A DNA stretch of 64,000 bases, taken from Rhynchobatus australiae (lineage: Eukaryota). How positions within the stretch are numbered: position 1 is the stretch's first letter; each line of letters begins with the position of its first letter. Under the pieces are notes generated by a model. It was given only the letters and a program-made list of their open reading frames with translations. It was not told the DNA's origin and did no database searches. The translations under genes were made by a program, and so were the position numbers. Location of the stretch: the NCBI GenBank assembly GCA_034780895.1, contig JAUZTB010000073.1:14102485-14166484 (forward strand). Reading direction: 5' to 3'. This document shows positions 11,801 through 24,080 of this stretch, in pieces.

Positions 11801-13878
11801 TTTGAAGATGAAAATGCTTGGCTGAAATGTTCAAGTGTTCCCAACTGGCCAGATAAATGTGAACGATGGGCACCCAAATGAAACATGGGACCATCTGACT
11901 GGATGGTAATAGTGTGATTTCTAACCAAAGCCTCCAACTGCACCTTTAGAAGTTCAGTAATTTGGAGGTTCAGATCTGAATACTCTTCCAGGGTTTGAAA
12001 TGGGAACAGAAGAAATGTGGAGCTATTTTTTTAAAATTACACATATAAGGTTCTCTTAAGATTCATTAAAGAACAAGCGTCATGTTACACTCTAAAAGGA
12101 AAGCTGTGTCTGTTGCTGGGGTAGCATGAGGAGGAATTTTGCTTCACTTCCAATTATTTTGTGAGAAGGTGTTGCATTAGCTTTTGGAGACAATTTAGTC
12201 ATTGATTACTTTCAAATACACTTCCATTTATAAAACAAGATTCATGAATAATTTAGCCTCTTACAAGAAAGCATATGATACTGTACATTGATCTGAAATG
12301 GTCGATACAGGTATGCTGAAATTATCATTAGATCAGAAATGTCTCTTTGCACTTTGGTGCACAAATGCTTAAGACCTTTACATGAAATTTGTATACCCGC
12401 ATACCCACTGTTGCACTAGATATGCCAACTGACTTAAAACAAATAGATTATTGCCTCTGTTAAAATGGCACCTGGTGGATGTCAGTGGAGTATACATGAC
12501 ATTCTTAAATTAATCTGGCAAACAGTAATTTCCAGGATCGTTAACATTCACGAGAAGGTAAAAACATAGACTATAATCCAAATACTGAATTTCAATGGTG
12601 ACCTATCACTTGCAATTCTTTAGATGAAAATTTAATTGCATGGGACCCACATGCAATTAATGCCACAATATCTGGGCAATCTTATCAGCCCAGAATGTCT
12701 TAATGGAAGAAATCTGACAGCACTGGAGAAAACCTGAAACAGCTTGAGGTGATTCCCTGCTCCTCCTCATCCTATTGAAGGTATTTCCTAACTATTTCCA
12801 TTGTGAAAAATGCTTAAAATGCTAAAATGCATGAGATGTAATCGAGTTTTAATTCTGTATCAAGCCATAACTGCTGTTCAACAACTTAAAGAAAAATATC
12901 TTTTATGTCATTTCCTCTGATAAAATTGCAAACCTTTTAAAAAGTTTATAATGTTTTAATTTCTACCTTAACCTTTCGTAGAATGTAAAACAAAGCTTGG
13001 AATGTTGCATGGGAGGTTAAAAAGTTAATCAAACGTTTCTACTGAGAAACTCATCCCCAATCCGTATTGTGTAATTTACTATATAGTAGTGGTTATGTGG
13101 TACACTCTGCCTCCGAAATTCAAGTACATTGATTCAATCAAATGAATTTTGAGGCAGGGTACAATGTGCTGATGCTACGATATGATGCATTTGAGGCTAC
13201 TCTCCAGAGCTGAATTTCTGGGCATGTTTTCTCCACTTTCCAGTCTGCTATATGAGGTCTCAATAATGTGATTTACTGTTCAGTGATGACATCACTATTG
13301 CTAGACGCGACAGATCCCACAGAGGTGATGTCCAACAACAACTGATCCAGCATAGGTGAAATTCATGTCACTGGGATTCCTAGATATTTATGTCCAAGTT
13401 TCTTTGAAGTCAGTGGCAAGCCCTATTACTTCACCAGTGTCGGAAAAATCTAAGCTATTAATGACGTAAACACCAGCTGTTGTTTCAGGTTGTCAATGAT
13501 ATTACTTGTATAACAGTTTCTTTCACTAAACACTTCAAATCCTCACATACATTACACATGACCTTTGCCCAGGAATTTGACAATAAATAATATTCCGATG
13601 ATTTACAGTTGTATGAGATCCTTATCCATGTTTAGAATCATATGCAGTTGTGACATCAATAGTCTATTTATAAGAGGTCTCGTCCCTCCCCAGCTCGACG
13701 TTAGAGAACAACTCTATGAATGCGCAGCACTGTCAAGCTTTATGCACACTTGAAAGAAAAAAGGCATCTATCCTGGAACACAGGAACTCCACAATAAATC
13801 AATAATACTTAGTGGTACAGAAGAAATCAATCTGGCTTTCCAACCGATCTGGATCAACGTTCTTTTTCAAATACCTAC

Positions 13879-15555
13879 CCTGAAGTAGATAAGTGTGAAG
13901 GTGGGTGTTCAAAAGGAGGAATGTCTTCATCTCTCCTCCTTTGGGAAGGGATCTGACTATAAAACTCGCTGCGCCCTGTTGTAGGAGAAAGGGATCCTGT
14001 GTAGCTGCCTGTCGAAGGTGTCAGTGCCATATGAGGTCTATAACTGGGGCTTCCTCGTCTGCTGCCCTGCTCAGCAGTGCTGCTTTGTGCTGGTGAGGAG
14101 GACGGAGAGGACCTTCTGGATAAGCTAACAACAGCAGGAGGCTGAAGGGTAATTTCAGACATCTCCACAGAGATACCTGCAGGAAAGATTCCGCGGGAGG
14201 GCTGCATGACACTGGGTCGAGGCCGTGGACGGGATGAGATCTCTGGGGAGGCGTGACGGGAACTCAGAGGACTCTGACTCAAAGGGGAGAGCCGGGAAGG
14301 CTGTAGAACCACCTGGTGTAAACTAGCCTCAGTCCTTCTGCCTTGCCTAGGGCTAGGTCTGGGCCTGGGTCTTGGTTCGTACCACCTGGTGTCCAGACTG
14401 AATGTGCTTGTGCCACTGGGACCAGCCTGTTTGGCTGATTCAGTGTAAGGCAATGTGGGTGCACTTATACCATGGCTGGTATGCGTTAGCTGCCCGTGGC
14501 TGGTCTGTTGCATAGGTTGATGTGGATGTTTTTGAGAGAGAGAGGCAGATCCTTTACTTTTGCTGGAAGCTTTGCCAGTCTGACTCTTTGGTGCCTCCAG
14601 TTGCAGCACACTGTGGAAGGGTGCTGAGACCTGGAGTGAGGAAGGGGGGCCACCCCTTGGAAGACCAGCCTTTGGCAGTGTACTCTCAGGTGTTTCTTGA
14701 TGGTGTGAGAACATAACCGGAGAGCTTTCAATGCTGCTTATAGACAACTTCTTCCTTCTCCATGGTTCAGGAGACCGCATAGTAGTTGGAGTGTGAGTCA
14801 AAGGCAGGGTGCTACTGGAAGTGACCAAATGCTGTCCTTCAGGATCTCCGTGATCTGCGGGGAGGGTGGGATGACCATAAGGTCCTTCAGCAAGTAATAG
14901 AGGTGAAGACATCACTGAACTGAGGGGACTGATATCTGGCATGTAAAATGGCTGACCATCCTGGTCTGCTGAGCTACTGCTGAGATAGCCATAAAACTGG
15001 CTTTGAGAGTAATCTTTAGTAGGTCGCCTGGCCTGACCGGTGGCCTGTAGTCTGGCATCTAAGCCTCCCATGCTTTCGTCTGCTTTCTGGAACGATGGAC
15101 TGTATGCTGGTGGCTGTAAGTATGACTCTTGACTGGATGAAAGGGGTGAAAGCTGAGACTTCAAGCCCATAATGGCAGTAGGAGTTAGTGTATCATTGTT
15201 TTCCTCATCAGACTGCCGGAATTCAGGGTAAGTTTCCGTCTCTTCTGCAAAAGGAAAGCCCTCAATCCTCCTCGTCTTCAATGATGTCTCCATCTCTGTG
15301 GGATCCATAATGAAACGTCCATCAGGGCCTCTGCTGATAAGTTCGATAGGGGTAGTGACTTCAGCTTCAGCCTCATGCTTGGAGACACTGTACTTCTTGC
15401 TGGTTATTGCTCGCTTTGTCTTTTTGTACAGGGACATTTCCCTTTCCCTGCCAGGACTCATCATCTTGGCATGTATGGCTTGAGCATCTTCAGAGGAGTC
15501 TGATGGAGCTCGGAGTGTTCTGACGCTTTCAGGACTCACCTTTCCTGAGGAAGAT
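13879..15555 (-). CDS. IGSF9B: IGSF9B large cytoplasmic exon (approx. exon 18), Pro/Ser-rich tail. Ends at a GG|gtaggt donor or reads through to TAG at 13875-13877
   Basis: tctctcag acceptor at 15556-15557, phase 2, continuous with the 554-aa ORF. Contains the IGSF9B-type segments SSGKVSPES, TTPIELISRGPDGRF, IEGFPFAEET, YLQPPAYSP, LDTRWYEP, LHQVVLQPSRLSPL and EMSEITLQPP. Confidence 0.97.
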
Positions 15556-16317
15556 CTGAGAGACCAAAATCAGAGGCAACAGTAACCCTGTATACTTTCA
15601 TGTTTACAATTTTGTTATTGTCCAGTGAAGTAAAGCATTATTTTATTGCTTTCGCTGCCATTATTCATTAATAACAAGTCCTTTTGGCTATTAATTTAAT
15701 GGGTCATCAGTTATGAAACTGTGGCAGTTAGTTTACATTTCATGAAGATACTTAGCTCTCACTTGGGGAACATTTTATCAGTTATGCAAGAATATTATGA
15801 ATATAATGCATTTTAAAGTAATAATGAGGGAATTTATAAGTTGATTAATACTGCCAACTGATGCATGTTTTTACAGCAATAGGATACCAGAACCATTTGG
15901 TGGTGAATTAATGGCACTTTTGTGCTGTGTATAGATCATAGCAAACTACTCTGCTTATGGAAACATAACTCTCCAAGTTACCGCAGATTAAAGATTTAAG
16001 AACAAGTCCTCCAATATCCTGTAGGAAAACTGTAAATTACATATGGATTTATGTTCTGCTTTAAAATTTAATAGGATCTATGCAACTAAGGCTGCCAGAC
16101 TTCAGTTCACTTGCAATCAGCACAATCAGAGGCATTATAGAACAACCACTTTATTGCTCTCTTTTATTGATTGTAAGACAAAGTCTAGTGTTAGTCTGAC
16201 ATGGATCTTGCACCAAAGTTTGGCTATCATCTCTGAGAGAATGAATCAAATCAACCACATTGATTTATCACAGACAAGCAAACATGGACAAAATTATAAA
16301 AGGGGCTGGTTACTTAC

Positions 16318-16363
16318 GGGGATTCCACACTCTTTCGGCAGTGTGTTATTGAGAGAGGAGGAT
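16318..16363 (-). CDS. IGSF9B: IGSF9B exon (approx. exon 17), juxtamembrane cytoplasmic segment
   Basis: 46 bp, ttctcctccag acceptor, CC|gtaagt donor, phase 1 to 2. Translates (D)PPLSITHCRKSVES(P). Confidence 0.95.
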
Positions 16364-19300
16364 CTGGAGGAGAACAAGCATGCGCATTAAACAGCTAGAA
16401 GGGAATTAAACCATTTAATATTAGAAATACTTTTCACACAACAGTGTGCCTACAGCTTAGGCACATCAATGTTATCATATTAAACCAAGTTCACATGATA
16501 CAATACAAGGGGGTAGATCTCAAGAGTGAATGATAGTAGAAATGAGTGATAGCCAAGCTGGCAGTTCATTGTTTACCTCTGCAGATTTTTATTTCCAGAA
16601 GGATGAGATGAGATGCTCCTGTGCCAAAGGATTTTCAGGTTCTATGATATACAATGGTCTTTACAAAAATGAACAAAGTGAGGTATGCCACCCTCTGCTA
16701 GCACTGATTGTTGTGTCAATGCTATCTTAGGCACTATACTTTTCTGGTCCNNNNNNNNNNNNNNNNNNNNNNNNNNNNNNNNNNNNNNNNNNNNNNNNNN
16801 NNNNNNNNNNNNNNNNNNNNNNNNNNNNNNNNNNNNNNNNNNNNNNNNNNTAGTAATTGGAAATTTTAATGTGTGGGGCTCGGTGTTTATTGCACCGTGA
16901 GCTGCACACTTATTATGTCTCCCTAGTTTTTGCAGTTAAATACAGCTCAGACTGGATTTGTCAGCTGGCAGTAGGATTTCTATGTGAAATAGGTTTGGGC
17001 AATCCCATTGCTCAGGGGAATAAACCACTGTGCAAAATAGCACCTTTATTTGAAACCAGCTGGGCATTCTAACTTAGACAGACTGCATGGAGTCAGAAAA
17101 AGAAAATATCTCACTGGCACAAGTAGTCTCTCTGGTTGATGGTAAAACACATCATACACGATTTTGCACCTAACCTGTCTGAAAGTTATTAATCTTAACA
17201 GCATGGCAGAGATTCCCACAATACATAATGCCTTTGAACATAATTGGTTCAAGACAAAATAACTGATGGGAAGAGCGACTTAGGCTCCTGAAGTGGGAGA
17301 GTTCCACAGGTTAAATGTTCCTCACTGTATTGAGCACAAATCATCAGCAAACAGAGAATTAAACTCTGACTTCTTCTCAGTTTCATTTTAGAGTTCAAAT
17401 GTGGAATAATCAGCTCATAACTGCTAATACACATCATTTTGTAATGGTAGATTAAACACATTGTTTTGCCGGTGGCAAGAAGTAAGCAGAATTCATTAGT
17501 TTCAGTATGACTTACAAAATATTTAATCACCTTAGAATCCTTCAGTGTACTGAGTGGAATGCAATAACTTATAAGCAACTTAATTCAAAAATCATAAGTT
17601 ATGAAGCCAGCCTCATTTAAATTGAATATACACATCATCCATATTAAATAAATGTATACATGGAATCAAGGTTTCAAATAAATTGAGGTACAGTTCATTT
17701 TATTTTACTGCATCAACCTTTGCTTATTGAATCTCACAGTCCTGTCAATGAGCAGGCTTTCCATTCTGTAGCCAGGTTCTCCAAGGTAAACGCATGAACC
17801 ATTCCAATGGATGTAGACTTGACCTGTGTGATGTTAATGAAGTGCTTCACCACACGTTCGGAATAACACTCCACAAAACTGCTGTGTACCTCACACTCTC
17901 CTATAGCCCCCTTAGAAAGAAATTGGGGAGGGCTGGAAATTAACCCCCAAGGACTGGAGGCCTGAGGCAAATTTCAGTCGCATCCAATCCAGTCTCTGGA
18001 AGTGGGTGACAATGGGCTGGATAGCAAGCAGGTTATGTGTCATCCTCTTAACAAGATCCTTATTTTTAATCCACGGTCACTTGGTTTTCTGAGACTTGGG
18101 AAATGCAGCAGACTAAAGAAGGTGCAAAATTCCACATCCATGGGACATGTGCCTTTATGTTACTGCGTTTGGGCCAAGATTTTCTTCAGGCGCATCAAGT
18201 AAACCCCACCACCGATCCCACCATCCCTCAACTCCAACACACTCTCCAACCCCAGTCTTTGATTCCTCAAAGCAAATTATGTAGCTCACAATGAAATTTA
18301 CTCTCAACTCTTCTCTCTAACTTTTGCTGGGATGTAGTTCATGGAGAATATCCCTCTGCTACGTGCATTGGTGACCATTTTTCACGCATTCGTTGTTGGA
18401 AAGTCACATTAATGAAAACAGAAGTTATTTCATGGTATAATGCACAGTGAAAATTANNNNNNNNNNNNNNNNNNNNNNNNNNNNNNNNNNNNNNNNNNNN
18501 NNNNNNNNNNNNNNNNNNNNNNNNNNNNNNNNNNNNNNNNNNNNNNNNNNNNNNNNNNNNNNNNNNNNNNNNNNNNNNNNNNNNNNNNNNNNNNNNNNNN
18601 NNNNNNNNNNNNNNNNNNNNNNNNNNNCATGCACTGAGCCTTTGACGGGAGTTCACAGAATACTCCCCTCTTATATATGCGTTTTATGATCTTGATATTA
18701 TTCAACTCCACTCTTTATCCTTACAATCACCAGCATCCTCATTCCAATGGCTATTACTCCATGGTGCTTAATCTGTCAACTGCTGTTGGCATGCACTGGG
18801 ACCAGATGAGCATTTTAGGCCAGTGAAAACTACAACACTGACACAGGAGGCCAGTCGGTGGGGTGGTAAAGCTTTAGTTTTGCCACAGGAGGGTTCTAAC
18901 TAAAAAAATGCTGGGGAGGGTAAGGGGAGAAAGTTACTGAGTAATACATGATTGTAACTTGGGAGAGACAGGAGATATGCAGAACTGTGTTGCTCTTTTG
19001 CTTTGCTGCAATCGGTCAAGCAAGATGTTTTAAAATAATCCTGAGTGGTGAGGATTTACTCCACCTGTTTGTTGACATCTCGGTGACCAAGCAGGAAGAA
19101 ACCAGACACTTGAAAAATGAAGATCACCGTTGATTTCCACAGCTACCAGCTGTGCAGCAATCATTATTGAACAGATGTCTTTCTGGGCATGGTCTCAGTG
19201 TGAAGGCTCATCCTCCTTTGCTATTCCCTGGTGCCTTGTGTCTGATCTGTTGCATCATATGTAAGTGGCACTTGACCGCAATCTAAAAATCCTTTCCAGT

Positions 19301-19589
19301 TCCTGCTAATCCGTATCTACCAAAGGCTATTTAAGGACCAGTGAATCCAATATTCCATTTGCCAAACACTTCAGGTACAGCTGAAGTAAACATCAGTTTA
19401 CCCTTTAATTTATCATTACAACAGATTGAAGCCTCTGCAGCCATACTGGTTGATTAGGAGCCTATCTTATTTGAATATGGAATTCTTTCCAATCAATTTC
19501 ATTAATTATCAACATATTCAGTGCAATTTTGGGGNNNNNTTCCCTTAACAATAATATGCATAAATGTGAAGTTAATAAGAAGCTTGGGG

Positions 19590-21070
19590 CATCATTCAGT
19601 GGAGGCTGAAACTGCACCTGACACAGGTAAAATGCTTGTAGTTGTTGGAGGCCAAGACATCAGTGCAGCAGTTACTTCATCAATGGCATTGTCATCAACC
19701 TTCCTTCCATTGTAATGTGAGGGTGGTCCTGCTTAATGATGATTCAACATTTTTCATCTTGCAGCCAGAAGCATCCCATTCCAGCCTGATGACTGGATGA
19801 CATGAAGGCTTGGGATGAGAAGTGACAATACACATTTGCACCACAACTTCAACATCAACATCACACCAGATTCACACTCCCTCACCACAAATATCTCAAG
19901 GTGTTCATGAACCATAAGGCTAAATGAAGCAGCCAGAGCTACACTCTTGCTACAGAAACAGTAAAGGCAAGAAAATCTGTGATGAGTGGTTCTTTTCTTG
20001 AATTTTCAAAGCTTCCAGGCCATCTACAAAGCTCATTAAATTTGGAATGGAAAGTTCAGAAAGTCTTTAGCTGCAACATCACACAGGAAACTCAGCGGCA
20101 TCCAGGACAGAGAAAAGTGCCTGATCATCATCCTTGCCACAGTATTCTACAACCACATCTTTTGTCATTTAAAGTCTATACTAGCCTCATGATGCATTGT
20201 AGCAATTTATCAGATACTGGTGAGGTTATTTCTCAGCCTCTCTACCACAAGAAAGAGAAAACAAATTTGCAGCTCTAAAAAAGTTTGGTTAGGCCTCATT
20301 TGGCCTATTGTGTCCAGTTCTAGTAACCACATTACAGGAAGGATATGGAGGCTTTGGAGAAAGTGTAGAAGAGGTCCACAAGGATTAGAGAATACTAGCT
20401 ATAAGGAGAGGCTGGGCAAACTTGGATTGCTGTCTCCAGAGTGTTGGAGGCTGAGGGGTCACTTGATAGAAGTATGTCAAATTATGAGAGGCGNNNNNNN
20501 NNNNNNNNNNNNNNNNNNNNNNNNNNNNNNNNNNNNNNNNNNNNNNNNNNNNNNNNNNNNNNNNNNNNNNNNNNNNNNNNNNNNNNNNNNNNNNNNNNNN
20601 NNNNNNNNNNNNNNNNNNNNNNNNNNNNNNNNNNNNNNNNNNNNNNNNNNNNNNNNNNNNNNNNNNNNNNNNNNNNNNNNNNNNNNNNNNNNNNNNNNNN
20701 NNNNNNNNNNNNNNNNNNNNNNNNNNNNNNNNNNNNNNNNNNNNNNNNNNNNNNNNNNNNNNNNNNNNNNNNNNNNNNNNNNNNNNNNNNNNNNNNNNNN
20801 NNNNNNNNNNNNNNNNNNNNNNNNNNNNNNNNNNNNNNNNNNNNNNNNNNNNNNNNNNNNNNNNNNNNNNNNNNNNNNNNNNNNNNNNNNNNNNNNNACA
20901 GTACTTTTCCTTCTTCATCACTGGACCAAAGTTCTGGAATTCCTTAAAAAATATTGTTATTGAGCCACCAAAACTAGAAGGATTCAAGGAATGGGTTCAT
21001 CACCACCTTCTCAGAACAACCAGCAAACATTAATGAATGTGTCCCTTCCAGAACTGCTCATATCGAAGAA
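19590..21070 (+). mobile_element. Old LINE fragment with a younger CR1 3' fragment (20280 into the gap at 20494) nested in it
   Basis: 20280-20493 translates LVRPHLAYCVQF, then in another frame SYKERLGKLGLLSPECWRLRGHLIEVCQIMRG, typical of the CR1 ORF2 C-terminus. The flanks resemble the 5130-5710 element. Confidence 0.7.
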
Positions 21071-21552
21071 AAAAAATGCGTAAAAATTACTGAGGTGCCA
21101 AAATATTGATGTATAATGTGCTCTTGGGCTAATGGTCTAAGTTTTGTAAAATATGAACAATTCTTCTCGATATTAAAAAAAGTTCAATTAAAGAAGTTCA
21201 TTTATTTTGCATTTTCCAACATCTGCTGAGATTTTTAGTTTCCAAGAAATCTTTCATAGCTAACAACATTAACAACTTAATGAGAAGTAAATAACTTCCC
21301 TTCTACTCTTTGCTAAATGAATGTTGATTGTGATGTAAAGTAGGATTTATTCTCTGTTTACACTCTCAGTCACCAATCATAATTTGTTACATTTGGCCTG
21401 ATCTTTGATAAAATGCTGGAAGACAGTGTGTAATCTCTGAAAGTAAATAGGATCTCAGACGTCCAGCCTAACTGTTTCAGTTAGGAACTTCTTTGCCAGA
21501 CTGAAAGACCAAAGCAGTTTGCGTTAAGATATTTCAAATCTCAGATTAGTTG

Positions 21553-21990
21553 TCCTCTTTCTCCTCTTCTTCCTCTTCTCCTTCTCTTCTTCTTCCTCTT
21601 TCCCTCCTGTGTGAAGATGAATTGCTTCTGCTTTTGTGGGTTCTGAGGTGACTGATGAGGTCAATGTGGGAAATGCAGACTCTTCCACATTTGGGGCAGG
21701 AGTGCTTGACAGGGTGGGTAGTTTGGTTGGGAGGTGTTGAACTCTATATATGCTGGGCTTCATAATGTTCCTCACGCATGGACTCAAAGTTCTTCAGATG
21801 TTCACAGATAAATTTGACATATCTTTTTCTGTCAGGAACCAGATTCACAAGCTGTCAGGTAAAAAGCATTTGAATGAAACTTCCACAACCTCAAAATTCT
21901 GGAAGCTATTTACAACCAAGGAAGTACTTGTCACAGTAGCTATGATTTTTGATCCTCCTCTTTTGATCCTCCCCTGATTTTGTCCATGTG
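21553..21990 (-). mobile_element. RTE-clade LINE 3' relic with a C-terminal C2H2 zinc finger and GAA-rich tail
   Basis: Minus frame 21698-21636 reads CPKCGRVCISHIDLISHLRTH, preceded by VPDRKRYVKFICEHLKNFESMREEH (with a stop in between) and followed by a purine-rich GAA/GAG tail. Confidence 0.7.
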
Positions 21991-22958
21991 TTTTTCCCAG
22001 TTCCAGAAAAGGAAAGGGTGGTTGAACCAGAAGGCAAGCCACACTGGAAAGCTGGGGATTTGTTGACTGCACAATATATGTCTATTCTGTGCATATTTTA
22101 GGAAGCTAAATAAATGAAGCTGCAAATCAACAAAGACCATTGACATGAAGTTCAGGTAAATTTGAGCCAATTTGGAGGTGCTCCCAAAGGCATTGATGGA
22201 TTTATTTGAGTCCAGCCTTATTTTAAGTTAACTGTCTCCTATCGATGAGGTGGGAAGAGCATTTTCTCATGGACACACACTCAGCCATACACCATTCACA
22301 ATCAACATTCAACTACTTAATTACATCTACTTTAAAATTCTGTCCTGAAAAGAAGGCAATCTTGTAAACTACAGGAGACAAGCCAGAACTACAGAACTGG
22401 GCAGAAACCATGACTGTTCTTGGAATGCTTTGAATCAGACTGGTGGCACATGCTGAGTGAAAAATCTTTCTACTGGAAGAGCAATGCAGATTATTCCAAA
22501 CAGGTTTGATAAATGAATTTTAAATATTATCATTGCAATGAATCATTCAGCATCTTCCAATGAACTGAACAATATTTGAATAGAGCAGAAGGATAAANNN
22601 NNNNNNNNNNNNNNNNNNNNNNNNNNNNNNNNNNNNNNNNNNNNNNNNNNNNNNNNNNNNNNNNNNNNNNNNNNNNNNNNNNNNNNNNNNNNNNNNNNNN
22701 NNNNNNNNNNNNNNNNNNNNNNNNNNNNNNNNNNNNNNNNNNNNNNNNNNNNNNNNNNNNNNNNNNNNNNNNNNNNNNNNNNNNNNNNNNNNNNNNNNNN
22801 NNNNNNNNNNNNNNNNNNNNNNNNNNNNNNNNNNNNNNNNNNNNNNNNNNNNNNNNNNNNNNNNNNNNNNNNNNNNNNNNNNNNNNNNNNNNNNNNNNNN
22901 NNNNNNNNNNNNNNNNNNNNNNNNNNNNNNNNNNNNNNNNNNNNNNNNNNNNNNNNNN

Positions 22959-23316
22959 ATGCATTCAATTATGGACATAGCTGGCAGGGCTGACGTTTAT
23001 TGCCTGTCCGTAAATGTCGCTGAAGGGCGGAGGAAGTCAAGAGTCAACCATATTGGTGGGTCTGGAATCACAGTTAGACCAGACTGGGAAAGGACGACAG
23101 ATTTCCCTGTGAAGCACATTGATGAACCAGGTTGGATTGCATTATAATCCACGGATACCATGAATGAGACCAACTTTACATTCCAAATTTCTTTAATTAC
23201 CTGAATTTAAATCTCACAGCTGTCCTGCTGCGTCTTGACTTCCTCTGCCCTTCAGGGCCATTTATGGACAGGCAATAAATGTCAGCCCTGCCAGCTATGT
23301 CCATAATTGAATGCAT
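22959..23316. repeat. 84-bp inverted repeat around a 190-bp spacer derived from an old retroelement
   Basis: 22959-23042 is the reverse complement of 23233-23316 with 5 mismatches by eye. Confidence 0.9.
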
Positions 23317-23799
23317 TTTTTTGAATTTCAATTAACAAAATAAGCAAAGCCAGTCGGGTGATGCTGCATTGTTGTGCATTTCCAGAGGAGAAAATGTCTC
23401 CAAATCAATGGTCTGTTCTTCTGGATAATTGTCCAATAACTTAACCATGACACTACCGCACTCAACAACTGCAGTCTCAGNNNNNNNNNNNNNNNNNNNN
23501 NNNNNNNNNNNNNNNNNNNNNNNNNNNNNNNNNNNNNNNNNNNNNNNNNNNNNNNNNNNNNNNNNNNNNNNNNNNNNNNNCTCAGTTTGTATTGGGTGAC
23601 ATAAACCTCAAAACTGGATTAAGGAAAACCTCTTTTCACCTATTTTTATGCATAACCAGCACATAAGCTGCAATTTTGCAGTATTTGTGCTGCTTTCCTG
23701 GTGAAGTTCCATCTGTCAGGAAAATGGGACTGGTACTTCCTGGCAGGGTTCACCCTAATGCCGATGTAACTTGCGACTCACATTTTTCATATTTCTTTA

Positions 23800-24080
23800 T
23801 TTCATAAACCCCATTCCTCCTCTTATTTCTCTCAATCTATTCTCTCTTACATGCCCATTAACTCTCCCTGATTATCCCCCCCATCTAACTGTGCTGGGGG
23901 GGTCATTTACAGTGGCTAATTAGCCTACCAATCAGCACATCTTTGGAATGAGGGAGGAAACTGGAGCACCCGGGGAGAAGCACACGAGGTCCCAGAGAGA
24001 ATGGAAAGCAACGGAGGTCAGAATGGGACCTGTGTTGCTGGAGCTGTGAGACAGCTGAACTATGTGCAGTGACACTCTGT
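23800..24080 (-). mobile_element. HE1/V-SINE-like element
   Basis: Antisense core cacatctttggaatgagggaggaaactggagcacccggggagaagcacacg...ctggagctgtgagacagc. Confidence 0.75.

Noticed and set aside
11722-11943. 73-aa minus-strand ORF ending SKVQF as the IGSF9B terminal exon with a PDZ ligand
   Set aside because: Nearby AG acceptors are phase 0 or 1, not the phase 2 required by the 13879 donor, and there is no resemblance to known IGSF9B tails.
13875-15539. 554-aa ORF as a standalone gene starting MSPES
   Set aside because: The start is a GTG valine codon inside an internal IGSF9B exon; the real acceptor is at 15556-15557.
21524-21787. 87-aa ORF with an acidic/basic tail resembling a retrocopy
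   Set aside because: It is an off-frame reading of an RTE LINE 3' end plus its purine-rich tail.
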